This document shows positions 1-9,120 of a DNA stretch of 64,000 nt, piece after piece (positions within the stretch are counted from its first letter, which is position 1; every line of letters starts with the position of its first letter). The stretch comes from Pseudomonadota bacterium (GTDB lineage: Bacteria; Desulfobacterota; Desulfobacteria; Desulfobacterales; RPRI01). Made by a program: the position numbers and the translations under genes. The stretch lies in contig JBDRRF010000103.1 in assembly GCA_043825875.1 (NCBI GenBank), positions 32,001-96,000 of the forward strand, read 5' to 3'. The notes beneath the pieces are model-generated. The model was not told where the DNA came from. It searched no databases and saw nothing but the letters and a program-made list of their open reading frames with translations.

Positions 1-547
1 ATCTTACACAGATAAAACGAGTCTCGGGATTTAGAATGTTTGCGGCAATAACTATCCTTTCCTGAATTGATTTTGTCATACCCATCACATTTACAGGCTT
101 ACAGGCTTTATCAGTGCTTATAGCAATAACGGTTTCAACCTGGTATCTGTTTTCTTCTATCGCTCTTACAATATTGGCTACGCCTAAGCAATTGGTCAAA
201 ACAGCCTGATAAGGGAAATATTCGCATACCGGCACCTGCTTTAATGCAGCAGCATTTACTACTATATTTGCATCTTTCACTGCTGCACAAACATCAGCAT
301 AGTTTCGAATATCACCTATCCTAAACTCTAGCACATTTAAAAAGTTTCGGTATATTACCTCATCTGTGGCCACCAGTTTATGCTGATAACTCATCCGCAT
401 ATCATGCTGCTTGGCTTCATCACGTGAAAAGACAATCACCTTTTTGGGTGTCCCCATCTCACCGCTTAGAATACGATTCACCACGGTTTTTCCCAGGGAT
501 CCTGTGCCCCCGGTAATCACAACTGTTTTATTTTCAAATATTGGCAT
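1..547 (-). CDS. UDP-GlcNAc 4,6-dehydratase/epimerase (FnlA/WbjB/CapD-like), 3' end runs off the window
   Basis: Not in the ORF track; read manually from ATG at 547: MPIFENKTVVITGGTGSLGK...FSRDEAKQHDMR...GDIRNY...AAALKQVPVCEYFP...ISTDKACKPVNVMGMTK, the typical Polysacc_synt_2 motifs. Confidence 0.85.
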   Translation of the reverse strand, partial: MPIFENKTVVITGGTGSLGKTVVNRILSGEMGTPKKVIVFSRDEAKQHDMRMSYQHKLVATDEVIYRNFLNVLEFRIGDIRNYADVCAAVKDANIVVNAAALKQVPVCEYFPYQAVLTNCLGVANIVRAIEENRYQVETVIAISTDKACKPVNVMGMTKSIQERIVIAANILNPETRFICVR

Positions 548-564
548 TTTTCTCTCTGGCTGCT

Positions 565-1446
565 TTATTTTAAAGACTTTCCCTCATATCCAAAGTCAAC
601 ATAGTGCTGATACATACTGTCAACAAGTTCCGCCCACGAGGGCGGATTGTAACCGGTTGCCTTTTGAAAAACAGATGAATTAATTGAACGGTCAAGAACA
701 AAATCATCAAAAGGCTCTATCTCTATTTTCTTTCCATACCTTTCCATCACCAAGCGGAGCAGATCGTACTTTGATATAGATTCGGACGATACCTGATACA
801 AGCCGGACAAATCAGAATTAGTGAGGACATATTCTGAAATAATCCGTGCCAATTCCACTGTAGGAAAGCCCGAATAAATCGCTCGGGTAAATCCCCGCAT
901 CTTTCCTTCCTGGGCCAGAAACCACTCAATCAGTCCAAATTTTCCCTTCAGCTCATGTCCGATGATGGATGTCCGCAAAGTAACACAATGCGGATAGGTG
1001 ACCTCACCTAAAAATTTAGACCTTCCATAAAGATCTTTCGCATCCGACGGATCATCTTCTTTGTAATCGCCCTTCATTCCGTCAAATACGCAATCGGTGC
1101 TTATATGAATCAATTTGGCGCCTGTTGTACTGCATATCTGTGCTACTCTGTGAGGAAGTAATGAATTGATTTTAATCGCGGACAGCGGATCGTGGGCTAT
1201 TGGCAATTGTTTAATTAATCCAATACAATTGATAACAATATCCGGCTGAATGGATGCAAGGGCATGAATCACTGTATCAAAATTATCAGCATCAACATCT
1301 GCTCTGATTTTCTGTCGGAATTCCGGTGAAAACCATTTGTCAAGATTCGACGAAGTCCGTGCTGTTGCATAAACATCCAAATCGGAGCTCAATGAAAGCC
1401 GGGTAAACAATACGTGCCCCAGCATACCTGTACAACCTATAATCAA
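565..1446 (-). CDS. RmlD-like SDR, NDP-4-keto-6-deoxy sugar reductase
   Basis: GCTGMLG Rossmann motif, HISTDCVFDG, YGRSK; sits next to the FnlA-like gene; true start may lie upstream (see findings). Confidence 0.8.
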   Translation of the reverse strand: MIIGCTGMLGHVLFTRLSLSSDLDVYATARTSSNLDKWFSPEFRQKIRADVDADNFDTVIHALASIQPDIVINCIGLIKQLPIAHDPLSAIKINSLLPHRVAQICSTTGAKLIHISTDCVFDGMKGDYKEDDPSDAKDLYGRSKFLGEVTYPHCVTLRTSIIGHELKGKFGLIEWFLAQEGKMRGFTRAIYSGFPTVELARIISEYVLTNSDLSGLYQVSSESISKYDLLRLVMERYGKKIEIEPFDDFVLDRSINSSVFQKATGYNPPSWAELVDSMYQHYVDFGYEGKSLK

Positions 1447-1656
1447 TATTTTTTTTAGAATGTTAAAAAATCTCCCTTAATTTTCTTTAATATTACAATA
1501 TTCCACAAAGTTGTAATATTACGAATTCTGAATGATGTTTGCGCTCGGCTAAAACATCCACAACATGATATGATATCAATTCTTGTGTCATCTTTTTATC
1601 AACTTGAGGAAGTGCACAGGCAAGTTTGATATCTGTACCTATAAATAAATAACAAT

Positions 1657-2439
1657 TTACAGTATGTGGTACTTCTCTTTAATGAGCGCATCTTTCTCTG
1701 CTCTGTTCGGATAATTTATGAGAACTGCCTTATAAACGCCTTTAAACACAAATAAACTACCGGCTGCAGCACCGATTATTCCATACTTGGCGATCAACTT
1801 CCCAATATCATCAAGCGAACCGGCACCACCGAGAACTGTCAGCGGTACGGTTATTGAATTTCTGATTCTGTCAATCAGCGTGATGTCGTAACCTTTCATA
1901 TTACCGTCATTATCAATAGAATTAACTACTACTTCGCCGACACCGAGATCTTCGAGCCGTCTAGCAAAATCGATAGGGCATTTACCGGTATTCTTTTTTC
2001 CATTATGAATCCTGACTTCATATTTACTGCTAAGCATTTTTTTTTTGACATCGATAACCGCAACCACACTCTGGCTACCGACGGCATCAGCTATTTGGGG
2101 AATCAATTCGGGATTATCGACTACGGCAGAACTCAGAGCCACCTTTTCCACACCAAGGCTGATTATTCTTTGTGCCTGATGCACTGTTTTAATGCCTCCA
2201 CCATAGCAAAAAGGCATACGGCATTCAGCCGCTAGATTTTCAATCATCTTAAAGTCTGGTTCATTCCCGTTGGCAGCGGCATCTATATCCAGTACAATCA
2301 GCTCATCTACTTCCTTCTCGTTAAAAATCCGCACAGCGTTAATGGGATCGCCAAGATATTTGCCATCCTTGAAATTGATGGTTTTTACAAGCCCTTTATT
2401 TTTTACCAGTAGGCACGGAATGATTCTAGGACGTAACAT
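1657..2439 (-). CDS. wbuZ: HisF2/WbuZ-type cyclase-like subunit of an acetamidino-forming amidotransferase
   Basis: MLRPRIIPCLL, GDPINAVRIFNEKEVDEL, YGGGI, AAAGSLFVFKG; follows HisH-like and amidotransferase genes. Confidence 0.85.
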   Translation of the reverse strand: MLRPRIIPCLLVKNKGLVKTINFKDGKYLGDPINAVRIFNEKEVDELIVLDIDAAANGNEPDFKMIENLAAECRMPFCYGGGIKTVHQAQRIISLGVEKVALSSAVVDNPELIPQIADAVGSQSVVAVIDVKKKMLSSKYEVRIHNGKKNTGKCPIDFARRLEDLGVGEVVVNSIDNDGNMKGYDITLIDRIRNSITVPLTVLGGAGSLDDIGKLIAKYGIIGAAAGSLFVFKGVYKAVLINYPNRAEKDALIKEKYHIL

Positions 2440-2441
2440 AT

Positions 2442-3056
2442 TTATATTTCAGAAAAATTTTTAAGAAGCTGAATGCCCCATTGATGGCTTTTTTCCGGAT
2501 GGAACTGAACACCGAAAATATTACCGGAATGAACTGCCGAAGCAAACAGCCCGCCATAGTCGGTAACCGCAAGCATATCTTCATTTTTCCGGCAATGGAA
2601 ATAATATGAATGTAAAAAATAAAAACGGCTGTCCGCTCCAAGGTCTTTTAATAAAGAGTTCTGTATAAGCGGTCGGATATTGTTCCAGCCCATATGAGGA
2701 AGATGCGTGGCCGAAGTTAATTTTGAAGAGTCAAATTTCTTTACCTCACCATCAATCCAACCCAAACCGGGCATTTTCCCTTCCTCGCTGGAATGAGCCA
2801 TAATCTGCATTCCTACGCAAACACCTAACACCGGCAAATGCCTCTTAAGCGCAATGTCATCAAGAGGTTGCCGCATATCCGATTTGTCCAACAGACGCAT
2901 CGCACTATCAAAGGCTCCGACACCCGGAAGAATTATTTTAGTAACCGGCTTTAAATCAACTGCTTTTGCCACTATTACAAACTTGATGCCCAATCTATTG
3001 TAGATATTGGCAAACGCTTTGATATTTCCCAGACCATAATTAATTATGCCAATCAT
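2442..3056 (-). CDS. wbuY: HisH-like glutaminase subunit (WbuY)
   Basis: ILPGVGAF, GVCVGMQ (catalytic Cys), PHMGWN, QFHPEKS. Confidence 0.88.
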   Translation of the reverse strand: MIGIINYGLGNIKAFANIYNRLGIKFVIVAKAVDLKPVTKIILPGVGAFDSAMRLLDKSDMRQPLDDIALKRHLPVLGVCVGMQIMAHSSEEGKMPGLGWIDGEVKKFDSSKLTSATHLPHMGWNNIRPLIQNSLLKDLGADSRFYFLHSYYFHCRKNEDMLAVTDYGGLFASAVHSGNIFGVQFHPEKSHQWGIQLLKNFSEI

Positions 3057-4210
3057 CGAATAACTCTTTTTTCCACACCCAGCAGTCTCATTATTGTTGT
3101 ACCCAAATTTATGAGAAATAATTTATTTTTGTAATCACGAAAAGACTTATTTTCCCCGTTAAAAAGCTCCTGCAATTGATCTTCGGTCAAGTCCAGTTTT
3201 TTGGCTACATATTCAAAATCGTCTCTCATTTCCTGTTCACTTATTTCCGGCTTTGCTACTCGTGCCAATGCTTCTTCGCGGGTCATCTGCTTAGTTAGAA
3301 CTAAGCTGGAAAGATGAGCTTTGCGTCTTTCATAACCAAACTTTTGCGGAAGCCAGTAGCATTCTACAAATCTTGTGAAACGTGACTCATGATGCTTCTG
3401 TGCGTATTTTTGCCAACCGAAACGCTCTGTCAGCAAACGAATGACATCTTCTTTAATGTAAGGAACATAATCCAGCGGCCTTATTATTTGAAGGCCTTTG
3501 ATGTATCTATAATAAAGCTTATACTTAAGAATATCTGCCGTGGGAAAAGTCTTTAAGGGAATCATGCCGAAGCGGTGATGAATATCTTTCACAAAACGCA
3601 TATCCGTCTGATAGTATGCCCCCCATTCCAGCGGTTCCCGGACACATTCCGTGGAAAAGTTTCCACCTGTCAGAATATATTTATATTTATTCTTAGCAGC
3701 AAAGTTGTAAAGAGCTGAAAAAAAACATAAATCCTGCGGCGTATCAACATTGGCCACTTGTGCTTTGAAAAAAGACAACTGCAAATCTTTCATCTCAGAC
3801 CAATCGACAACTTCTGTATAAAGGTCCAGCCCTAATCCATCAACAAGTCTGTGAATGTTATTCGCGGATATCTCCGAATTCCATCCGCCGTCAACATGGA
3901 ATAACAGTGGATTTAATCCCAATTTTTCTTTTGCAATGTACGCAACATAGGAACTGTCCACACCGCCGCTGATTCCAACAAGACAATCATGGGGGAGGCC
4001 TTGACTATCGCTTTTAATTTTCTCGACAACAGACGCAAGATACTTTTCCCCTCGTTCATCCGTATGCCAATTGGGAAGAATATTTTCGTAGTAATTGCGA
4101 CAATAGTCACACCAACCACGTTCATCAAAGGTAATATCAGGATCAGTAGTATCCATTATGCAATTAGAACATATTTGATAATTTTTCTGACTCATTTCTT
4201 TACTTCTCAA
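3053..4210 (-). CDS. wbuX: N-acetyl sugar amidotransferase (WbuX/WbpG family)
   Basis: N-terminal CSNC...CDYC, PP-loop SGGVDSS, KHHESRFTRF. Confidence 0.88.
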   Translation of the reverse strand: MRSKEMSQKNYQICSNCIMDTTDPDITFDERGWCDYCRNYYENILPNWHTDERGEKYLASVVEKIKSDSQGLPHDCLVGISGGVDSSYVAYIAKEKLGLNPLLFHVDGGWNSEISANNIHRLVDGLGLDLYTEVVDWSEMKDLQLSFFKAQVANVDTPQDLCFFSALYNFAAKNKYKYILTGGNFSTECVREPLEWGAYYQTDMRFVKDIHHRFGMIPLKTFPTADILKYKLYYRYIKGLQIIRPLDYVPYIKEDVIRLLTERFGWQKYAQKHHESRFTRFVECYWLPQKFGYERRKAHLSSLVLTKQMTREEALARVAKPEISEQEMRDDFEYVAKKLDLTEDQLQELFNGENKSFRDYKNKLFLINLGTTIMRLLGVEKRVIR

Positions 4211-4232
4211 AACCTATCTTAAGTAGGTAGAT

Positions 4233-5465
4233 TTAATGCTGCAGATGCTTTTTAAAAAGTTGACGATTTGTTTCAAGAATTCTCGGATCAAGCAAGCGTT
4301 CAACGATTTTAGTTTTAATTTCCGACCTCTTTATGAGACGGTCATCATGGTTCAACAAAGCCAGCTTCTCAATGACATTAACAAAAGAATCTTGCTGTGT
4401 TAAATCAATATCCCAACCAAGTCCATCATCCTGAAGGTTGCGCCATGGTGTTTCGGTGCTTATCAAAACCGGAGTACCGGCAGTTAAACATTCTGCAATA
4501 ACATGTCCATAGGCTTCTCCGCCGGTAGGAAACAAAAACAGATCATAACTGCCGAATATTTTTACTACTTCATTTGAGTCGACACGACCCAGATAATTAA
4601 CAGCCACATTTGCCGGTAATTGGCTGATTAATGCCTGACATTCGTTCCAATAAACTGTATTTTCGGCAGGACCATAAATATCAAAAATAACCTTGGTATT
4701 AACCTTTTTCAATACTTCCAAAGCGTAGTCCAGATTTTTTTCCCGCGATATTCGGGATAAAAAGACGATTCTCAAACTATTGCCATCAGTTTGACATAAA
4801 TTTACATCTTGTGAAATGTTTTTAATAGGTAGATCTTCCGTTATATGAATCTCGTCAATTTTTATTTTCATGACCTTAACAATATCCGCCATTTCAAACT
4901 CACTGGATGCACGCCAGGTCACATTATTATAAAGCCCAATAAGTCTTGCAAATTGAATAAAAACAAACTTTTTTAGGTATTTTTGCTTTAATGAAGCCCA
5001 GCCAAACTCACCCCAAGGCGCAACAATAAAAGGTTTAAACATTTTTTTATGAAGCTTCCTGTTCAACAACACCTTGATTGTGAAGAGGTCAAAAAAACTA
5101 TTGAGGTACAACACATCATGAGGCGTATTTGTTATTAAACTGTATATATCTTTTAGCGTGTTGGACTGAGAAGATAAATAATAAACTTGGGCATTACCAA
5201 CCTGTTGCCATTGATTAAGTTTTATATCAGAATATGGGTTATCATCTCCCAAATCACGATCTCTCGTTACTATCTTAAACTCAAATTCATCACACAAATG
5301 ATCGACGGTATTGACAGTTATACGCAAAATACCGCCAGCTTTATAGCCGGGGAGATAATTACCGATAAAGGTAAGAATTACCGGTTTGTCACAAGATTTT
5401 GCAGAACTATCGGTTTGTTGGTAATTGCTCACAATATGCTCTATTTCATCATTGCTGTACCGCAA
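4233..5465 (-). CDS. Glycosyltransferase family 4
   Basis: YLPGYKAGG, FLSRISREKNL, EAYGHVIAE (EX7E-like motif). Confidence 0.85.
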   Translation of the reverse strand: MRYSNDEIEHIVSNYQQTDSSAKSCDKPVILTFIGNYLPGYKAGGILRITVNTVDHLCDEFEFKIVTRDRDLGDDNPYSDIKLNQWQQVGNAQVYYLSSQSNTLKDIYSLITNTPHDVLYLNSFFDLFTIKVLLNRKLHKKMFKPFIVAPWGEFGWASLKQKYLKKFVFIQFARLIGLYNNVTWRASSEFEMADIVKVMKIKIDEIHITEDLPIKNISQDVNLCQTDGNSLRIVFLSRISREKNLDYALEVLKKVNTKVIFDIYGPAENTVYWNECQALISQLPANVAVNYLGRVDSNEVVKIFGSYDLFLFPTGGEAYGHVIAECLTAGTPVLISTETPWRNLQDDGLGWDIDLTQQDSFVNVIEKLALLNHDDRLIKRSEIKTKIVERLLDPRILETNRQLFKKHLQH

Positions 5466-6372
5466 CTATGCTACGAACAGAACCTTCTACACCAAGACGG
5501 TAACGAAAACCTGTTGATAAAAGTTTGGTCGAAGAATAGCGGACATTGCCATAATTACAAGGGCCTCTCCATAACCTTCGAAAGATATAAGGTATAATGA
5601 TTGGCAGATAAATTTTCCGGCTGATTCTCTCAATGGGAAAGCCTTGTTGAATTGACTTATACAGTTTCCATAAACCTCCAAATGTATTGAATAGCTCATG
5701 GTCACAGGATATGAAAAAACAGGCCGGTTTTTCGAAACTGCTTTTCATAAAATACATAGCCGCATCAGCAACGTCTTCAGAGTGAACAATGTGAGCGCAT
5801 TCATTCCCTTTCAAAAATACGGTAAGCCTGTCAAGTAGATTACTCCTTATCGGCAGAGATAATGCACCCGGCCGTTTCTCATCAATTACATCCGTTGGCC
5901 TAAGTATTACGGTACTGCAATTCCCGATAGTTTTAGCTACCAATTTTTCGGCAGCCCACTTAGATTTTTCATAATAATTTTGGGGATTGCACTTACTTCT
6001 TTCGTCAACAACATGGTCATCAGTTAATCCTATTACCCCTGCACTGCTCAAATAACAGAAATAGGTGATATTTGATTCAGAAATTAAATTCAATATTTTT
6101 TCAGTAACTGATACATTGACATCCCACATTTTTGATTCATCACGCAGCTCGGCAGCACAATGGAAAAGATATGATACATTTTCTAAGAATAGTCGCAACG
6201 AACTCTCATCCTCAATATTACCAACGATTGTCTGCACATTGTCGATATGAAGTGATTTATTTCTTGTTAAGATTCTTACTTCATATCCCTCTTGCAATAA
6301 TTTTTGCGTTATTTTCCGGCCAACCATGCCGGAACCGCCCGTGACTGCTGCTATGCCCTTAGCCATCTTCAT
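5449..6372 (-). CDS. NAD-dependent epimerase/dehydratase
   Basis: VTGGSGMVG, LSSAGV, YEKSK. Confidence 0.85.
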   Translation of the reverse strand: MKMAKGIAAVTGGSGMVGRKITQKLLQEGYEVRILTRNKSLHIDNVQTIVGNIEDESSLRLFLENVSYLFHCAAELRDESKMWDVNVSVTEKILNLISESNITYFCYLSSAGVIGLTDDHVVDERSKCNPQNYYEKSKWAAEKLVAKTIGNCSTVILRPTDVIDEKRPGALSLPIRSNLLDRLTVFLKGNECAHIVHSEDVADAAMYFMKSSFEKPACFFISCDHELFNTFGGLWKLYKSIQQGFPIERISRKIYLPIIIPYIFRRLWRGPCNYGNVRYSSTKLLSTGFRYRLGVEGSVRSIVAVQQ

Positions 6373-6377
6373 TTATC

Positions 6378-7862
6378 CTATCGATGGATTTCTTCTCCTA
6401 TTCTCGCATGAAGGCTCAGTGGCATGCTCTTTTCCTGCTTATTTAAAGAAGAAAAAATAAGGGCTATTAATAAAAAATATAAGGGCGTCATCCATGTTCC
6501 ATAAACCATATTTTGAAAAAAAAGTACTAACCATGCTTGAAATATCCTCAATTGATATGCAGATGGAGGAAAGGCACTAATAAAGCCCAAAATTACTTTT
6601 GATTCTCTAAGCAAGAGAATGATCAATCCAATAATTCCTGTGAAAAATAACCACATGACAGGCGCAGAAGCGGAAACTACAACACCTCTTCCTTTGCTGT
6701 CCACACCCGTAATTCTGAATCCTTCCCCCATTATAATTTTATAAAAAGATATACCAAAACATCTTCCTGCAAGTTCACCGCGCTTCATCATCGTATCATC
6801 AATAGTTATAGCCTTTATATTTGGGGCTGGAGCTTGGCCTGAGGCCGGTACCATGTTAAGCAACTCGCCGCGAACGCCCGTGATTGCTTTCAGGGTGTTG
6901 CTGTTGGGAATGTATTTAATAACAGCATACCGACCAAAAAGAGAAAATAATATTAAAAATATAGATGTCGCCATGAGAAAATGGTATGCTATGGCCCTCG
7001 GCAGAACAACACGAAGAGCCCTGTTTTTGTTGCCGCAAATAAAGTAAACAATTTGACCTGTCAATAATGCAAAACCTAAGGCAAAATACCCTGCATTGGA
7101 AAAAGCGAATATGCCACCAATGCAACAGATACCACTCGCAATCATCCACATCTTTTTTTGCGTTTCGATGTAGAGAGCCTCCGCTATGAAAGAAGCCATA
7201 AACAGGAAGGCTGATGCATTCGACGGTTCTACCCAAAACCCTTGTATTTGAAACTTTGGAACTTTATAGAAAGAAGAAAATTGAGCAGTGCCATTACCCA
7301 AAACACCAAATGGTCCATAATAAACCCCTCCCGAATGGCTTTTCAGGTTTATGCCATTTTCCACCCATCCCATTAAGCTAGTCATCTCTAAAATAAAATA
7401 TTGTACAACAGTAGCTACTGCTACGATCACTAAAATCTTCATTATGATCAATTGATGAGATGTCGGGCGCTTAATAAAATACAAGCATACAGCAATGCAA
7501 AAAATAAATCTGAAAAAAAACTTTGCCCACTGGGATATTCCTTCCATGAAAAAATTGGAGAAAATTGTTGAAATGGCACCCCAGACCATGAAGATTGCAA
7601 AGAAATAAATAAACCTTTTAAAAGGAGTAAAATGAAAATTACACGGATAAACGATTAACAGCAGAAACAAGGGAATTGCTATTTTAAACGATACTACAAA
7701 CGGCTGTAAGGACTCTAACTCAAAAAAACCCCACCACTCGTATAAAATGCAATTTATGACGATTAGTGAAATTGGAACCGATGGAGGCAATTTATTGATA
7801 AAGCTATGAATAGTCAATAATTTACCATTCATAGATAAGCTATGCATTCCGTACCCTCTCAT
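6378..7862 (-). CDS. Polytopic membrane protein, probable O-antigen polymerase Wzy
   Basis: About 11-12 hydrophobic segments, large loop with GFWVEPSN, located in a cluster that has Wzx; start may be ATG 7847. Confidence 0.55.
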   Translation of the reverse strand: MRGYGMHSLSMNGKLLTIHSFINKLPPSVPISLIVINCILYEWWGFFELESLQPFVVSFKIAIPLFLLLIVYPCNFHFTPFKRFIYFFAIFMVWGAISTIFSNFFMEGISQWAKFFFRFIFCIAVCLYFIKRPTSHQLIIMKILVIVAVATVVQYFILEMTSLMGWVENGINLKSHSGGVYYGPFGVLGNGTAQFSSFYKVPKFQIQGFWVEPSNASAFLFMASFIAEALYIETQKKMWMIASGICCIGGIFAFSNAGYFALGFALLTGQIVYFICGNKNRALRVVLPRAIAYHFLMATSIFLILFSLFGRYAVIKYIPNSNTLKAITGVRGELLNMVPASGQAPAPNIKAITIDDTMMKRGELAGRCFGISFYKIIMGEGFRITGVDSKGRGVVVSASAPVMWLFFTGIIGLIILLLRESKVILGFISAFPPSAYQLRIFQAWLVLFFQNMVYGTWMTPLYFLLIALIFSSLNKQEKSMPLSLHARIGEEIHR

Positions 7863-9120
7863 TGCTATTCATCGAGACATGATTGAATATTTGGGATAAC
7901 TGTAATGCCAGATTCTTTCGACTGAAGCGTTCGATGAATTCTTCAGATACCATGCTATTGTCCTTATGAGCTACTATAAATGCATGAAGTTTCTTTATCT
8001 GAATATCCTCTGGTTCATCATAGAAAAGGGTCACTCCTTTTCCGTATTGTTTGATGATACTGGCAAGTTCACTCTCACGAGGTGCAAGGCATATGATCCG
8101 ACTCTTGTTGCCTATATAATCGTAAAACCTGGCGGGTATCCATGATGAAGTATCCACATCACGAGGCATACACACGATCACATAATCCATAGACTGAATA
8201 AGCCCATAAAAGATTCCATGATCAAGGTATCCATGCGTTCTTTCTCTGCCATTAATTCCTGCCAGCACACAGAGATCTATGAAATCACTCCCTTCATTGC
8301 CCGCATAATGTAGTTCCCAAGGAAAGTTTAATAGACCTTTGTCTTCCAATCTGGATAACAATTTTAATATGGGTAACGGTGTGTAATTACTTGCTCTGTC
8401 AATAAGTCCACCATAAAAAAAAGAGTTTTCAATAGGAGACTGATTCTCTGTTGGAATATCCTCCGGATCAAAACCGTTGGGAATTATACACGTTTTATTT
8501 TTCAAAAACGGGTATTTATCAACCATTCTGGATTTGCTGGCATCCGTATTAACTATAAGAGCATCACAGTAGTTCAGGTATACTTTTTCGATAACATTCG
8601 AGATAACATGATGATATGAACTTAAAAATCTCTTGCGATCCGGATTAAGAGTCCAAAGATCCCGGAAATCAGTAACCCATGGTACATGATATTTTAATTT
8701 AACCCATAAGCCAATCAGATTTATGCTAAAAGGGCTGCAAGTTGTATAAACAATATCCGGTTTATGCTTTTTCATTTCTTTGCCTATCTGATTTAACGCC
8801 AACAGGCTCCAGAAAATATGACCATCAGGCGGAATGATGTTATTTATCAGATAACCCAAATATTTTGCCATCTTATTCACATCAGCTCGATCATGCAGGA
8901 AAAAAAACGGATCTGAGGGCATGGGCAGGACAGTAACGGCCGACCCTATTTGACTCATCAGCCTTCGGCTTGTCTTCGTTTGATCAAGGGTTTCCTTAGG
9001 ACAGGCTACCAATGCTTCCCACTCATATTGTGCCAGATATTTGAGAAACTTGACATTACGATTTGTAGCAACATTAATTCGCGGGGGAAAGAATGAAGTA
9101 ATCCAAAAAACCTTTTTCAT
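7840..9120 (-). CDS. Glycosyltransferase family 4-like
   Basis: MKKVFWITSFFPP, WVTDFRDLWT, IPNGFD, IPARFYDY; ATG overlaps the stop of the upstream gene. Confidence 0.8.
   Translation of the reverse strand: MKKVFWITSFFPPRINVATNRNVKFLKYLAQYEWEALVACPKETLDQTKTSRRLMSQIGSAVTVLPMPSDPFFFLHDRADVNKMAKYLGYLINNIIPPDGHIFWSLLALNQIGKEMKKHKPDIVYTTCSPFSINLIGLWVKLKYHVPWVTDFRDLWTLNPDRKRFLSSYHHVISNVIEKVYLNYCDALIVNTDASKSRMVDKYPFLKNKTCIIPNGFDPEDIPTENQSPIENSFFYGGLIDRASNYTPLPILKLLSRLEDKGLLNFPWELHYAGNEGSDFIDLCVLAGINGRERTHGYLDHGIFYGLIQSMDYVIVCMPRDVDTSSWIPARFYDYIGNKSRIICLAPRESELASIIKQYGKGVTLFYDEPEDIQIKKLHAFIVAHKDNSMVSEEFIERFSRKNLALQLSQIFNHVSMNSNERVRNA

Noticed and set aside
1657..3056. hisF/hisH as histidine biosynthesis genes (also 41078..42626)
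   Set aside because: No other his genes are present, and both pairs flank N-acetyl sugar amidotransferases
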